NCBI GenBank assembly: GCA_041736305.1 | Contig: JBGSTX010000334.1 | Coordinates: 1 to 64,000 of the forward strand | Source of the DNA: Oligoflexus sp. | GTDB taxonomy: Bacteria > Bdellovibrionota_B > Oligoflexia > Oligoflexales > Oligoflexaceae | Reading direction: 5' to 3' | Length of the DNA stretch: 64,000 nucleotides | Shown: positions 10,004 to 18,780 of the stretch, piece after piece | Layout: each line of letters opens with the position of its first letter | Numbering within the stretch: position 1 is the first letter of the stretch | Notes under the pieces: model-generated | Database searches by the model: none | The model's input: only the letters and a program-made list of their open reading frames with translations | What the model was told of the DNA's origin: nothing | Made by a program: the position numbers and the translations under genes

Positions 10004-11263
10004 ATGCCTAAATACGCGTATCGCGCAAAAAACCGCCGCGGCGAAGTCAAAGCCGGAGAACTCAATGCTGCGACTAAACTCGCGGCTCAGACAATCCTTT
10101 CCAATAAGGGACTCAGACCCCTAAAAATCACCGCCATGGCGGGCGATGATTCCTCTCAGGCTCGCGGCCTCACCCGTTACATATACCGCGATAAAAATGG
10201 TGCCATTCAAATACGGCTAGGCCAGCAGCTGCCAACGACCCGCGAACTGGGCCTCTTCAGCAAGCAATTTTCTTTGATGATTGAAAATGGCATTCCGATG
10301 CTTCAGGCCCTCAATATGCTGCGTGAGCAGCAACGCAAGGTCGACTTTGCGGAGATAATCGGCAAGGTTGTGAGCGCTATCGAACAAGGCTCAAGCCTAA
10401 CGGATGCTCTCGAGCCCTACCCTAACGTTTTCGACTCCCTTTATGTCGCCATGGCTAGAGCCGGCGAAGCCTCTGGACGCCTCGATGTTATTCTTCGGCA
10501 ACTCGTAAGCTATATTGAAAAATCGGCCAAGCTAAAATCTCAGGTAAAGTCGGCGATGGCCTACCCTATGATTATTGTATTCGTGGCGATAGCCGTGGTC
10601 ACTCTCCTGCTCTCTTTTGTAGTGCCGAGCTTTGCCAAGCAATTTGCCGAGAGTGGGCAAGAGATACCCATGCTGACTCAAATAGTCATTTCAGCATCAA
10701 ACGCTTTAGTAAACAACTGGATGGAGATAGTCGGGGCAACAGTGGCTGGCTTTTTTGGCATTAAATATTGGCTTGGAACGGCGAATGGAAAAGCCATATT
10801 TGATAAGTATATTCTTCGCGCGCCCATCATTGGTGACGTAATGACTAAAATAGCCGTTAGTCGCTTTTGCTCTACAATGTCGACGATGCTGAGCTCTGGC
10901 GTTGCTATTATGGAGGCTCTCGCGATCTGCGCAAAGTCTTCCGGGAATGCCTCCATAGAAGCTTTTGTGCTCAACGTTAAGGATTCGATATCCAAGGGCT
11001 CAACTTTTTCTGAGCCTCTCTCCCAGGGCAACTTTTTCCCGAAAATGGTGGTTTCAATGGTTGCGGTTGGGGAGACCACTGGTACTCTCGATGACACTCT
11101 CAAAAAGGTCACCGAAATCTACGATGAAGAAGTTGACACCTCTATTGCTACGATGATGTCGATGATCGAACCCCTCATGATCGTTGTTATTGGGGGTATC
11201 GTCGGATTCATCGTTATCGCAATGTACCTACCTATCTTTGAAATGGCTGGAACGGCAGGCTAG
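10004..11263 (+). CDS. pilC: Type IV pilus inner-membrane platform PilC
   Basis: Two T2SSF repeats, AGEASGRLD, AMAYP, VGETTGTLD, IEP...AMYLPIF. Confidence 0.93.
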   Translation: MPKYAYRAKNRRGEVKAGELNAATKLAAQTILSNKGLRPLKITAMAGDDSSQARGLTRYIYRDKNGAIQIRLGQQLPTTRELGLFSKQFSLMIENGIPMLQALNMLREQQRKVDFAEIIGKVVSAIEQGSSLTDALEPYPNVFDSLYVAMARAGEASGRLDVILRQLVSYIEKSAKLKSQVKSAMAYPMIIVFVAIAVVTLLLSFVVPSFAKQFAESGQEIPMLTQIVISASNALVNNWMEIVGATVAGFFGIKYWLGTANGKAIFDKYILRAPIIGDVMTKIAVSRFCSTMSTMLSSGVAIMEALAICAKSSGNASIEAFVLNVKDSISKGSTFSEPLSQGNFFPKMVVSMVAVGETTGTLDDTLKKVTEIYDEEVDTSIATMMSMIEPLMIVVIGGIVGFIVIAMYLPIFEMAGTAG

Positions 11264-11266
11264 CCG

Positions 11267-11506
11267 CTAGGAGCGAGCGACAAAAGCCACTGGCTGCTTC
11301 CAAGTATATTGGCATTCGCGGCAAACGTAGTAATAAATATCCTCTTCAAAGCGGGAAACTTCGGCTCCTACCTGCTTACACCGTGGACATGCTTGGGTCC
11401 GGTGGTTGTACGAACAGATTGAGTTGCGACAGCGGACTTCCCCACCTTCACCAGCGCGGGTAGGTCCCTGGCAAACAGGGCAGCGATCGCGTCCACGACG
11501 TTCCAT
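11267..11506 (-). CDS. Small double zinc-ribbon protein
   Basis: 79 aa with CPVC, CRNSIC, CPRC and CREC; GGAGAGG RBS directly downstream of kdsA. Confidence 0.7.
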   Translation of the reverse strand: MERRGRDRCPVCQGPTRAGEGGEVRCRNSICSYNHRTQACPRCKQVGAEVSRFEEDIYYYVCRECQYTWKQPVAFVARS

Positions 11507-11524
11507 TTCGTTTCCTCTCCTGCT

Positions 11525-12391
11525 TCAGCCGTAAATTTGGTCTTCTTTCGCGAGACGACGAACGCTCTTCCATAAAGGAATAATCTGCCGCAGCAGATGG
11601 CTCGCTTGCTGAACTGAAAGTTGAGTAGCCGCGTCACTTTTCGCTTGATCTGGATTAGGATGAACTTCAAGGAAAAAACCGTCGAGGTAACCGCTAGCAG
11701 TTGCCGCCCTTGCCAGGACTGGAGCGAAGTTTCGCAAACCTCCTGATATTTCCCCTGTCGTACCTCCTGCCGCAGGCAACTGGAGGCTGTGAGTTATATC
11801 GAAGATTACCGGCGCGCCCTCGTCAGACATGATTTTTAGGCCGCGCATATCGACGACGAGGTTTCCATAACCGAAACTAGTACCCCGCTCGGTCAGAGCA
11901 TAGTTAAGGGCAAGACCTTTTTCCTCAGCGGCCTGCCGAACCTTGGAAATGATGTGCCGACAGTTTTCTGGAGCCAGAAACTGGCCTTTTTTAATGTTTA
12001 CCGCTCGCCCTGTTTGTACAGCAGCAACCAGAAGATCAGTTTGGCGGCAGAGAAAGGCTGGAATTTGGAGGACATCGATGACCGAGGCTACTTCCACGAC
12101 TTGGCTCGTTTCATGAACATCTGTTAGCACAGCCAATCCAGCAAAACTTTTCTTGAGCTTTTCGAACCATTGGAGAGCCTGTGGCAAGCCTGGACCGCGA
12201 TAACTATGAATCGAGGTCCGATTAGCTTTGTCGAAGCTAGCTTTAAAAACGAGCTCAAAATTCAGCTCCTGCGCCAAAGCATGCAGGGGCGCGATCACAG
12301 ACTGCATGAGCTCCAACGATTCGGCCATGCATGGACCAGCTATAACAATGGGCCGCTCAGGATCTTGCTTAAAATAAAGGCTCATAGGCAT
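11525..12391 (-). CDS. kdsA: KDO8P synthase
   Basis: IAGPC, FKASFDKANRTS, QIPAFLCRQTDL, NIKKGQF, ERG.SFGY.NLVVD, E.HP.P..A.SD. Confidence 0.95.
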   Translation of the reverse strand: MPMSLYFKQDPERPIVIAGPCMAESLELMQSVIAPLHALAQELNFELVFKASFDKANRTSIHSYRGPGLPQALQWFEKLKKSFAGLAVLTDVHETSQVVEVASVIDVLQIPAFLCRQTDLLVAAVQTGRAVNIKKGQFLAPENCRHIISKVRQAAEEKGLALNYALTERGTSFGYGNLVVDMRGLKIMSDEGAPVIFDITHSLQLPAAGGTTGEISGGLRNFAPVLARAATASGYLDGFFLEVHPNPDQAKSDAATQLSVQQASHLLRQIIPLWKSVRRLAKEDQIYG

Positions 12392-12548
12392 CGCTCTCGA
12401 ATGGAAGTCTTGGGCTTTTTTCTCGCTCGTGTTAGCCTAGACAATGGCGCGAACCAAGTCTAGAGGTCGCTCGCTTTTTGGCTTTAGAGGAAGAAAGTAT
12501 TGACTAAACCCATGGACTGATTTATCTACGAATTTCCCTTTGGGAAGT

Positions 12549-12624
12549 GGCTCTTTAGCTCAGTCGGTAGAGCAGTGGACTGAAAATCCACGTGTCCCCA
12601 GTTCGATTCTGGGAGGAGCCACCA
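12549..12624 (+). tRNA. tRNA-Phe (GAA)
   Basis: GGCTCTT acceptor stem, TAGCTCAGTCGGTAGAGC D arm, GTGGA-CTGAAAA-TCCAC anticodon arm, GTTCGATTC T loop, encoded CCA; 76 nt. Confidence 0.97.
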
Positions 12625-12646
12625 GTCTGTTTCCTACGGTGGTGAT

Positions 12647-13015
12647 ATGGAAACGTTCCTTACAGTTGTGCACATCCTGACGGCTATCTTTATGATCGTC
12701 GTAATTATCGTCCAGGGCGGAAATTCTGGCGGTGTTGGTGCTGCATTTGGTGGAGGGAATTCAGCTGGCCTCTTCGGTGCTACGGGCGCAACTTCTCTCC
12801 TTGGAAAGTTGACCTATGGTATGGCCGCAGTTTTCATGGTAACCAGCATCTGGCTTTCGGTTGAAAAAGGAAATTCAGGTCGTACGGGATTGTCAGATCG
12901 CCTCAAGCAGGCCGGCAGTTCAGAATCGCAGCCTGCAAAACCCGAAACACCGGCCACGACGGATCCTCAAAAGGCTCCTGAAGGAACTTCGGCTCCCCAG
13001 CAACCACAGCCGTAA
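12647..13015 (+). CDS. secG: Preprotein translocase subunit SecG
   Basis: Two TMs joined by the Gly-rich loop QGG.SGG.GAAFGGG....FG; followed by tRNA-Leu. Confidence 0.92.
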   Translation: METFLTVVHILTAIFMIVVIIVQGGNSGGVGAAFGGGNSAGLFGATGATSLLGKLTYGMAAVFMVTSIWLSVEKGNSGRTGLSDRLKQAGSSESQPAKPETPATTDPQKAPEGTSAPQQPQP

Positions 13016-13021
13016 TTGCAC

Positions 13022-13103
13022 GCTCAGGTGGTGGAATTGGTAGACACGCATGTTTGAGGGGCATGTGTCGCAAGACGTGCGGGTTCAAGTCCCGCCCTGA
13101 GCA
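13022..13103 (+). tRNA. tRNA-Leu (GAG), CCA not encoded
   Basis: GCTCAGG/CCTGAGC acceptor stem, GGTGGAATTGGTAGACAC D arm, CATGT-TTGAGGG-GCATG anticodon arm, long variable arm, GGTTCAAGTCC T arm. Confidence 0.95.
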
Positions 13104-13256
13104 CTCTTTCTCTTTTCTTCCCTCTCTTTCCTTGACCCTTCTTTTGCTGCGCCCCACAAAAAATTTCTTCTTCTTACTTCCTCACCTATGGCAAGTTGCT
13201 TACTTACTCAATACGCCTGTATATTATAAGCAAATTTCACTGATGGAGAAATTCCA

Positions 13257-13751
13257 ATGGTAAAGCGCGGTATCGCCTTCGGATGGAGCGTCCTTTGCTT
13301 GGTTGCCTTGCAGCCAAGCGCTTTTGCGAAAGCTGGATATGGAATGGCAGGCTGCGGACTGGGTTCAGTGTTAGTAGGAAGTCAAGGAGGGCAGATTTTT
13401 GCGGGCACCACAAATTCCACTAGTGCCAACCAAGGTTTTGGGATTACTTCAGGAACTTCAAACTGTCAAAACAGCTCACAAATGGAGGCTATGGCCAAGC
13501 AGCATGAATTCCTATCTGCCAATCTAGTGAATTTTCAAAAAGAGGTGGCTCAGGGTCAAGGAGCGACCATCACGGCTCTAGTGGAGCTATTTGGCTGCAC
13601 TACAAGCGTCCAAGGGCACGCAAATGAGGTTCTCGTTCAAAACTATGACGCAATATTTCGCTCACCAGGCGTCGCGGGCATCCTTAGCAGTGTTAGAGAA
13701 AAGTTGGAGCAGGATGAAGCTTTGGCCACACAGTGCCAAAACCTAGGTTAA
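13257..13751 (+). CDS. DUF3015-family secreted protein (copy 1)
   Basis: Signal peptide, GYGMAGCGLGS, TTN....NQGFGITSGTSNC, EVAQGQG...AL.ELFGC. Confidence 0.8.
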   Translation: MVKRGIAFGWSVLCLVALQPSAFAKAGYGMAGCGLGSVLVGSQGGQIFAGTTNSTSANQGFGITSGTSNCQNSSQMEAMAKQHEFLSANLVNFQKEVAQGQGATITALVELFGCTTSVQGHANEVLVQNYDAIFRSPGVAGILSSVREKLEQDEALATQCQNLG

Positions 13752-13784
13752 TCCACTCATTCCCAACTTAATAAGAGGTTAGAG

Positions 13785-14453
13785 ATGCTTTTGAGATATG
13801 TTTGTTTAAGTGTCGTGCTACTTGCTAGTCAGGGTTTTGCAGCAGCTCCTCCCGCTAAGAAAGCCCCTGCCGCTGCGAAGGGAGCTAAAGCTCCCGCTGC
13901 CAAATCCGGGGCTAAGGCCGGAAACAAAACTCCAGCTACAGCTCCCAAAACCCCAGCTGCTGCGCCCGCTACACCGATGGAAGCAGCCGCAGCAGGACCA
14001 ACTCTAGCGGCCGGAGAACCCCATCTAGGATCCTACGGGATGGCAGGCTGTGGACTCGGCTCGATTGTGATCAAGAATCCGAGCAAGGGTCCACAAATCG
14101 GCGCATTCTTCCTGAATGCCATTGGATTTCAAACTTCTGCGCTCACTAGTGGGACTAGTAACTGTGTAGAATCTCGGACTGAGACCGCTGCACAAGAACA
14201 GTCTGTTTATGTAATCGCTAACCTTTCTTCACTTAGTCGTGAAGCAGCGCAGGGTGGCGGAGAACATCTTGATGGTCTGGCTGAAGTTTTTGGTTGCCAT
14301 GGTGCCAGTGACCGCCAACGTTTAGCTCAACTCAGTCAAGAAAAATTCGACTTAATCTTTTCTGCCCCTGAAGCCGACGGTGTCTTGGATAATTACTTAA
14401 GTGCCATTCAGATGGATCCCCTTCTTGCCAGCGAATGCACTAAAGTCATCTGA
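13785..14453 (+). CDS. DUF3015-family secreted protein (copy 2) with an Ala/Lys/Pro-rich N-terminal linker
   Basis: Signal peptide, low-complexity linker, SYGMAGCGLGS, TSGTSNC, EAAQGGGEHL..LAEVFGC. Confidence 0.8.
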   Translation: MLLRYVCLSVVLLASQGFAAAPPAKKAPAAAKGAKAPAAKSGAKAGNKTPATAPKTPAAAPATPMEAAAAGPTLAAGEPHLGSYGMAGCGLGSIVIKNPSKGPQIGAFFLNAIGFQTSALTSGTSNCVESRTETAAQEQSVYVIANLSSLSREAAQGGGEHLDGLAEVFGCHGASDRQRLAQLSQEKFDLIFSAPEADGVLDNYLSAIQMDPLLASECTKVI

Positions 14454-14474
14454 ATTTCAATCAGAACTTATTGA

Positions 14475-14494
14475 TTGCCGTCCTTGGACGGCAA
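14475..14494. terminator. Hairpin between convergent genes
   Basis: TTGCCGTC-CTTG-GACGGCAA, a perfect 8-bp stem. Confidence 0.6.
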
Positions 14495-14501
14495 CTTACC
14501 G

Positions 14502-16415
14502 CTACGGAACTAGAGCCGCCTCTAAAGCAGGAGGAGGGGGAGGAGGCGGCTTGCGTATAAGACAGCTATCCATTCTGAAAGGATCTGCAAACATGCAGCT
14601 CGGAGTGATGAGCATGTCGCCAAGCAGCGGGTTGATGACCAGTATCTGCGCCTTGCTGACTCTAAAAGCTTCGCCTAGAAGTAAGTTGAACTCCTCCCTC
14701 TTCATGAAGCCTCCTGGCTGCTGGAGACTCGGCCACCGACTGCGAAAAGGCTCCAAAGTCAAAAGAGTATTCACCTGCGGGTCGGTTAAACCAAGTTCTT
14801 CACGGACATCGTTTCGCGTCAACGCGCGATTATAATATCTATAGGCCTGATTCACCGGATCGGCTTTGGTCGTATCGAGACCCAGTTCCTTAGCTGCTTT
14901 GAGATACATGGCATTATCCTTAGCCATTGCATCCTTAAAGGTATTTTCTTCAGGGTATAGGTTGAAGATCTTACTGATCTCTGGATTAGACAAACCAACC
15001 GCATTGGCTTTGAAGAAAGACCTGATCTCATCTTTCTTCGGTATTAAACCCTGATTGTGACAGCTCATACAGGAAAGTCCGTTAACGATTGCTGTCAGAA
15101 ACTGAGCCGGAGCATCGTTTTGTTTAACGATGCTGGTGGGCCCCTTATCCAAAGCCACTCCCGCCGCATTCGACAGGTAGAATCCGAACATGCCATTCGG
15201 TAGTTGAAAAATGATTTCGCCACCATCTTGCTCAAAAGCCAAGGAATCGAACCCCACGCCAACGGGTCCTAACGGCAAGCCAAATATATTACTCACACCC
15301 TCATTTGAAACAAAGTCATAGCTTGTCCAATAGCTCAGTCCATTGTTCTGGGCATGCCTTTCTATGATCCGATTCTGGGTGGACACATTAGAATTCTTGA
15401 ATCCAGATCGGATAGCTTTGTTCTCGACGAGGTCGCGTAAATTGTCGATACCAAGCTTAGAGTCTAGCTCGGCCTGATTCGCCCCTAACTCCATAAGCCG
15501 AGTATAGGCCTGAGGGAGCATTGCGGTCGCAATGAACCAATCGCCTCGTACAAAAAAATTCTCAGTTCCGAGTTCGGTTTGTAGAAAATTTTGGTTATCT
15601 GCGGCGCGGCGAGCACCTTGCTCTTCTCCAACGGTTACAAACTTTTGGCTGAAAGGATAGAAATCTGACAGCAGCGAATCGAAGAGTGCAGTAGGAAGAG
15701 CGAGCTCATCCAAACGCAGACGATAGACTAATTTTTGGCTATCGATCGCTTCCGGCTTCACAAGCAAGGGGGAGCGGGAGATACTATTAAGTACTTTCAG
15801 CATGGCATCGCGCTGGATTTTAAGACTCGCCAAATCTGCACCTAGATTGCTGGCAACATGGAAGCTGAGATAGCGAGTATTTTTTCGAAATCCCGCTGCG
15901 ACTTTTTGCTCAACATCATTACGGATGAGACCTAGGACTTCGCTTTCGGAAAGGGGCTTATTTTTGGCGATACTTAGCCCTGAAATCCACTTCCGCATGA
16001 CCTCGACTTCTTCATCTTTGATGGGACCTTTGGGTGGCATGTTGCCTCCTTGAGCCAGCCTTGTGAAAAGTAGAGAGTTCGCTGGGTCCCCAGGTACGAT
16101 ATAACGAGAACCTTTGATCATTTCCTCGATATTTTCGATCGTACCAAAATTTCCTTGAGCATTATTTGCGTTGTGGCAGGAGGAGCAATCTTTATCTAAG
16201 ATCGCAAGGGCCTGGGAGCGCAGATCGCTCTTAAGCTCGCCTTCATCACCTTTGATCACGCCTTGCTTCGCGTCGCTTTCTTCAATGGGCAAGCTCTTCG
16301 CATCGGCCTCTGAAGAAAGGCCTTTTTGCAGTTCGAAAGGCTTTGGATCTTTCGCCTCGCGGCAGCCAACAAGGGCACTGCCTGCGAGCAAAGCTAGCCA
16401 TAAAAATTTGAACAT
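14502..16415 (-). CDS. Di-heme c-type cytochrome lipoprotein (Planctomycete-type cytochrome c domain plus a large C-terminal domain)
   Basis: Lipobox LVGC; CSSCH followed by IVPGDPANSLL..MPP..W; second heme site CMSCH; poly-Pro tail. Confidence 0.8.
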   Translation of the reverse strand: MFKFLWLALLAGSALVGCREAKDPKPFELQKGLSSEADAKSLPIEESDAKQGVIKGDEGELKSDLRSQALAILDKDCSSCHNANNAQGNFGTIENIEEMIKGSRYIVPGDPANSLLFTRLAQGGNMPPKGPIKDEEVEVMRKWISGLSIAKNKPLSESEVLGLIRNDVEQKVAAGFRKNTRYLSFHVASNLGADLASLKIQRDAMLKVLNSISRSPLLVKPEAIDSQKLVYRLRLDELALPTALFDSLLSDFYPFSQKFVTVGEEQGARRAADNQNFLQTELGTENFFVRGDWFIATAMLPQAYTRLMELGANQAELDSKLGIDNLRDLVENKAIRSGFKNSNVSTQNRIIERHAQNNGLSYWTSYDFVSNEGVSNIFGLPLGPVGVGFDSLAFEQDGGEIIFQLPNGMFGFYLSNAAGVALDKGPTSIVKQNDAPAQFLTAIVNGLSCMSCHNQGLIPKKDEIRSFFKANAVGLSNPEISKIFNLYPEENTFKDAMAKDNAMYLKAAKELGLDTTKADPVNQAYRYYNRALTRNDVREELGLTDPQVNTLLTLEPFRSRWPSLQQPGGFMKREEFNLLLGEAFRVSKAQILVINPLLGDMLITPSCMFADPFRMDSCLIRKPPPPPPPALEAALVP

Positions 16416-16494
16416 TTTCGTCTCCCTCTATTCAGGATAAAGCGTCTAACATCTTTGCTCGCTGGTCAGGCGAGCCGCAAAATTGCTTAATCAG

Positions 16495-16521
16495 GGATCG
16501 GAGAATGCCAAAGGGAAATTA
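16495..16521 (-). promoter_or_regulatory. Sigma28-like promoter (cytochrome c gene)
   Basis: TAAT-N15-TCCGATCC. Confidence 0.4.
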
Positions 16522-16692
16522 GGGTAAGCTTGAATATTTTTTATTTCATTAATACTTACGAGATATTACATTTATTTTGCACATCGGTTTTGCACTTCGA
16601 AAAGAAACCCGTTAAAAACAGCGAAAGCCCGCGTTGAGATTCTATTTTCTAAGTATTCGCTTTCCTTGCAGAATCATAAGAAGAGGGTCGAT

Positions 16693-18633
16693 TTGATCAG
16701 TCGGTTTGTTTTTTTGCTACTTTTGCAGACTACTTTAGCCTATTCGAGTATTAACCCTCGAAATCTAATAGAAAAAGCTCGTCAGGAAAAATGGGGGGAG
16801 GAGCTCGAGTGGAAGCGAATACTCTTCTACACGCAACACACTTTTGGCGATCCTGAAGGCATTATTGATGACGCAGCATTCTATCTGGATCCCGAAGGGA
16901 AAACCAATCCCGAAGCGGAACTTTTCGCAACTTTGGAAGCCTTCTTTGATCAAGATTCAAATGCAGCCCCTGATGAGCATGCACTTTGCCGCTATCCGGC
17001 TCGAAAAGACTGGCTCGCAAGGAAAATCCAAGAAATAAATTTTGATTGGCCTCAGCCCTCATGTCCTCGCTTTGAGCGATGGTGGAAGGAGCGTCGCTAT
17101 GATGGAATCTCTTTGGTCTTCTCATCTTTTTTCCCTAATAGCCCGCCCTCGCTTTTTGGTCATACGTTCTTGCGTCTTCATCGACCTCTTGACGACTTGC
17201 ACCGCTCAGATCTTCTTGATGACATTGTGAGCTTTGCTGCGCACACCGGACCTGACCCAAATCCATTGGCCTATGTATGGAAAGGGGCTTTTGGAGGATA
17301 TCCTGGGCGATTCAGCCTGCTTCCTTACTATATTAAGATTCAAGAATACAATAATCTTGAAAGCCGTGATCTCTGGGAATATCAACTTCAAGTAAACTCC
17401 GAGCAAATCCGTCGACTCGTTCTCAGCCTCTGGGAATACGGACCTCATTATTCAGACTATTTTTACTTTGATGAGAACTGTTCCTATGTCCTACTCCTTC
17501 TCCTTGAAGCAGCCGACCCGCGTTGGGACTTCCGTTCTCACATGAAGATGTGGACAACTCCGTCGCAAAGCCTAAAAGCCGTGACTCTTCAGGATTCAAT
17601 GGTAAAAAGTGTCCGCTTTCGTCCGTCGGCACTTTCACGTTATGAAGAACGATTCGACCAACTCAATCCCCGAGAATCCAAGGCACTGAAGGCACTTTTA
17701 GATAAGCAGAAAGAAGGGCTTCAGGAACTGTCTCTAGATCTCGATTCTGATGGACAGAAAAAAGTCCTCGACGCAGCCCTCGAGTGGATCGATCTCAAAA
17801 ATAAAATCAATGACACACCAGCCCCTCGTGGATTGGCCAGCCTGCGAAACGACGTTCTACAAGTCAGAAAAAATCTGCCCCCGAGCTCTCCTTTAAGCAG
17901 TCTCGCTCCCCCTTTCCGCGATCCAAAACTTGCGCTGCCCGAGAGTTGGCTCATGCTCGGAGGCGGACAAGGCCAGGACGACCCCCTCGTCAAACTAAGC
18001 TGGCAGCCAGTACTTCAAGATAGACTGAGTGATGATGCAGGCTATGCTGAAGGCATGGAAATTCAAATTATGCCAATGGCTTTTACATATAGGCCTCAGC
18101 AAAAGTCACTTAATCTCGAAAGCCTCAGCGTCTTTCGTTTGAGTTCAATGCAGGCAAGCAATCGCCTTCTCGAGCCGCGGTCTTGGTCACTTCGGCTTAG
18201 TTACGAGCGCAACAGTATCTGCCGCTCGCCAAAGAAAAGCTGTACCGACGTCTTTTTAGGTGGCGGAGTTGGCCATGTTGTAGACCTGAGCCCGAGTCCA
18301 CGCTTTCATGCCTATCTTGGAGTCCTGTTCAGCGGACGCTTGGGTTCCCTTGCCACCCAAGGTCGCAGCGCCTACAGCCTACTCGGCCCCGAGCTCGTCC
18401 TTAGTGCTGAGTGGCGAAGAATAGTTCGATTCTACCTTAATACACAATTTGCTCGCCGCTGGTTGGATAAAGCAAACCAGGATCTTCTGCTTAGCGAAAG
18501 CGGGTTGGCCTTCGTCGTTTCTGATCATTTCAACATAAGGTTTCTCTATGCAGCTTCCCAGGAAATGAAGCCCCTATCTCAATCGGCCCTACGTCAAGCG
18601 GAATGGACGGTTGGAAGCCTCTATTTTTTCTGA
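16693..18633 (+). CDS. DUF4105 (Lnb-like) protein with a probable C-terminal beta-barrel
   Basis: FYL.P.GKTNPEAEL.ATL, CRYPAR..WL, SLFGHTFLR, Y...ESRDLWEY.L, YFYFDENCS, terminal Phe; TTG start after AGAGGG (alternative start 16666). Confidence 0.8.
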   Translation: MISRFVFLLLLQTTLAYSSINPRNLIEKARQEKWGEELEWKRILFYTQHTFGDPEGIIDDAAFYLDPEGKTNPEAELFATLEAFFDQDSNAAPDEHALCRYPARKDWLARKIQEINFDWPQPSCPRFERWWKERRYDGISLVFSSFFPNSPPSLFGHTFLRLHRPLDDLHRSDLLDDIVSFAAHTGPDPNPLAYVWKGAFGGYPGRFSLLPYYIKIQEYNNLESRDLWEYQLQVNSEQIRRLVLSLWEYGPHYSDYFYFDENCSYVLLLLLEAADPRWDFRSHMKMWTTPSQSLKAVTLQDSMVKSVRFRPSALSRYEERFDQLNPRESKALKALLDKQKEGLQELSLDLDSDGQKKVLDAALEWIDLKNKINDTPAPRGLASLRNDVLQVRKNLPPSSPLSSLAPPFRDPKLALPESWLMLGGGQGQDDPLVKLSWQPVLQDRLSDDAGYAEGMEIQIMPMAFTYRPQQKSLNLESLSVFRLSSMQASNRLLEPRSWSLRLSYERNSICRSPKKSCTDVFLGGGVGHVVDLSPSPRFHAYLGVLFSGRLGSLATQGRSAYSLLGPELVLSAEWRRIVRFYLNTQFARRWLDKANQDLLLSESGLAFVVSDHFNIRFLYAASQEMKPLSQSALRQAEWTVGSLYFF

Positions 18634-18703
18634 GTAAGCCGAAATAAAGGTCACGAATCATTCAGATTAAGTAATCATTATTACTGAATTATTATCTTTT
18701 GCT

Positions 18704-18730
18704 TTAAGATTTTCCAAATTATTCCGATAA
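18704..18730 (+). promoter_or_regulatory. Sigma28-like promoter (18781 lipoprotein)
   Basis: TTAA-N15-TCCGATAA in an AT-rich intergenic region. Confidence 0.55.
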
Positions 18731-18780
18731 GGAAAAAAATAACTCTAGAGTAAAGTTGGATCACTTCGAGGGGACAGCTA

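Noticed and set aside
13189-13204. Sigma54 promoter before the first DUF3015 gene (TGGCAAGTTGCTTACT)
   Set aside because: The -12 position reads AC instead of the near-invariant GC.
12903-13263. ORFs 12903-13157 (-) and 13054-13263 (+)
   Set aside because: They overlap tRNA-Leu and secG; spurious.
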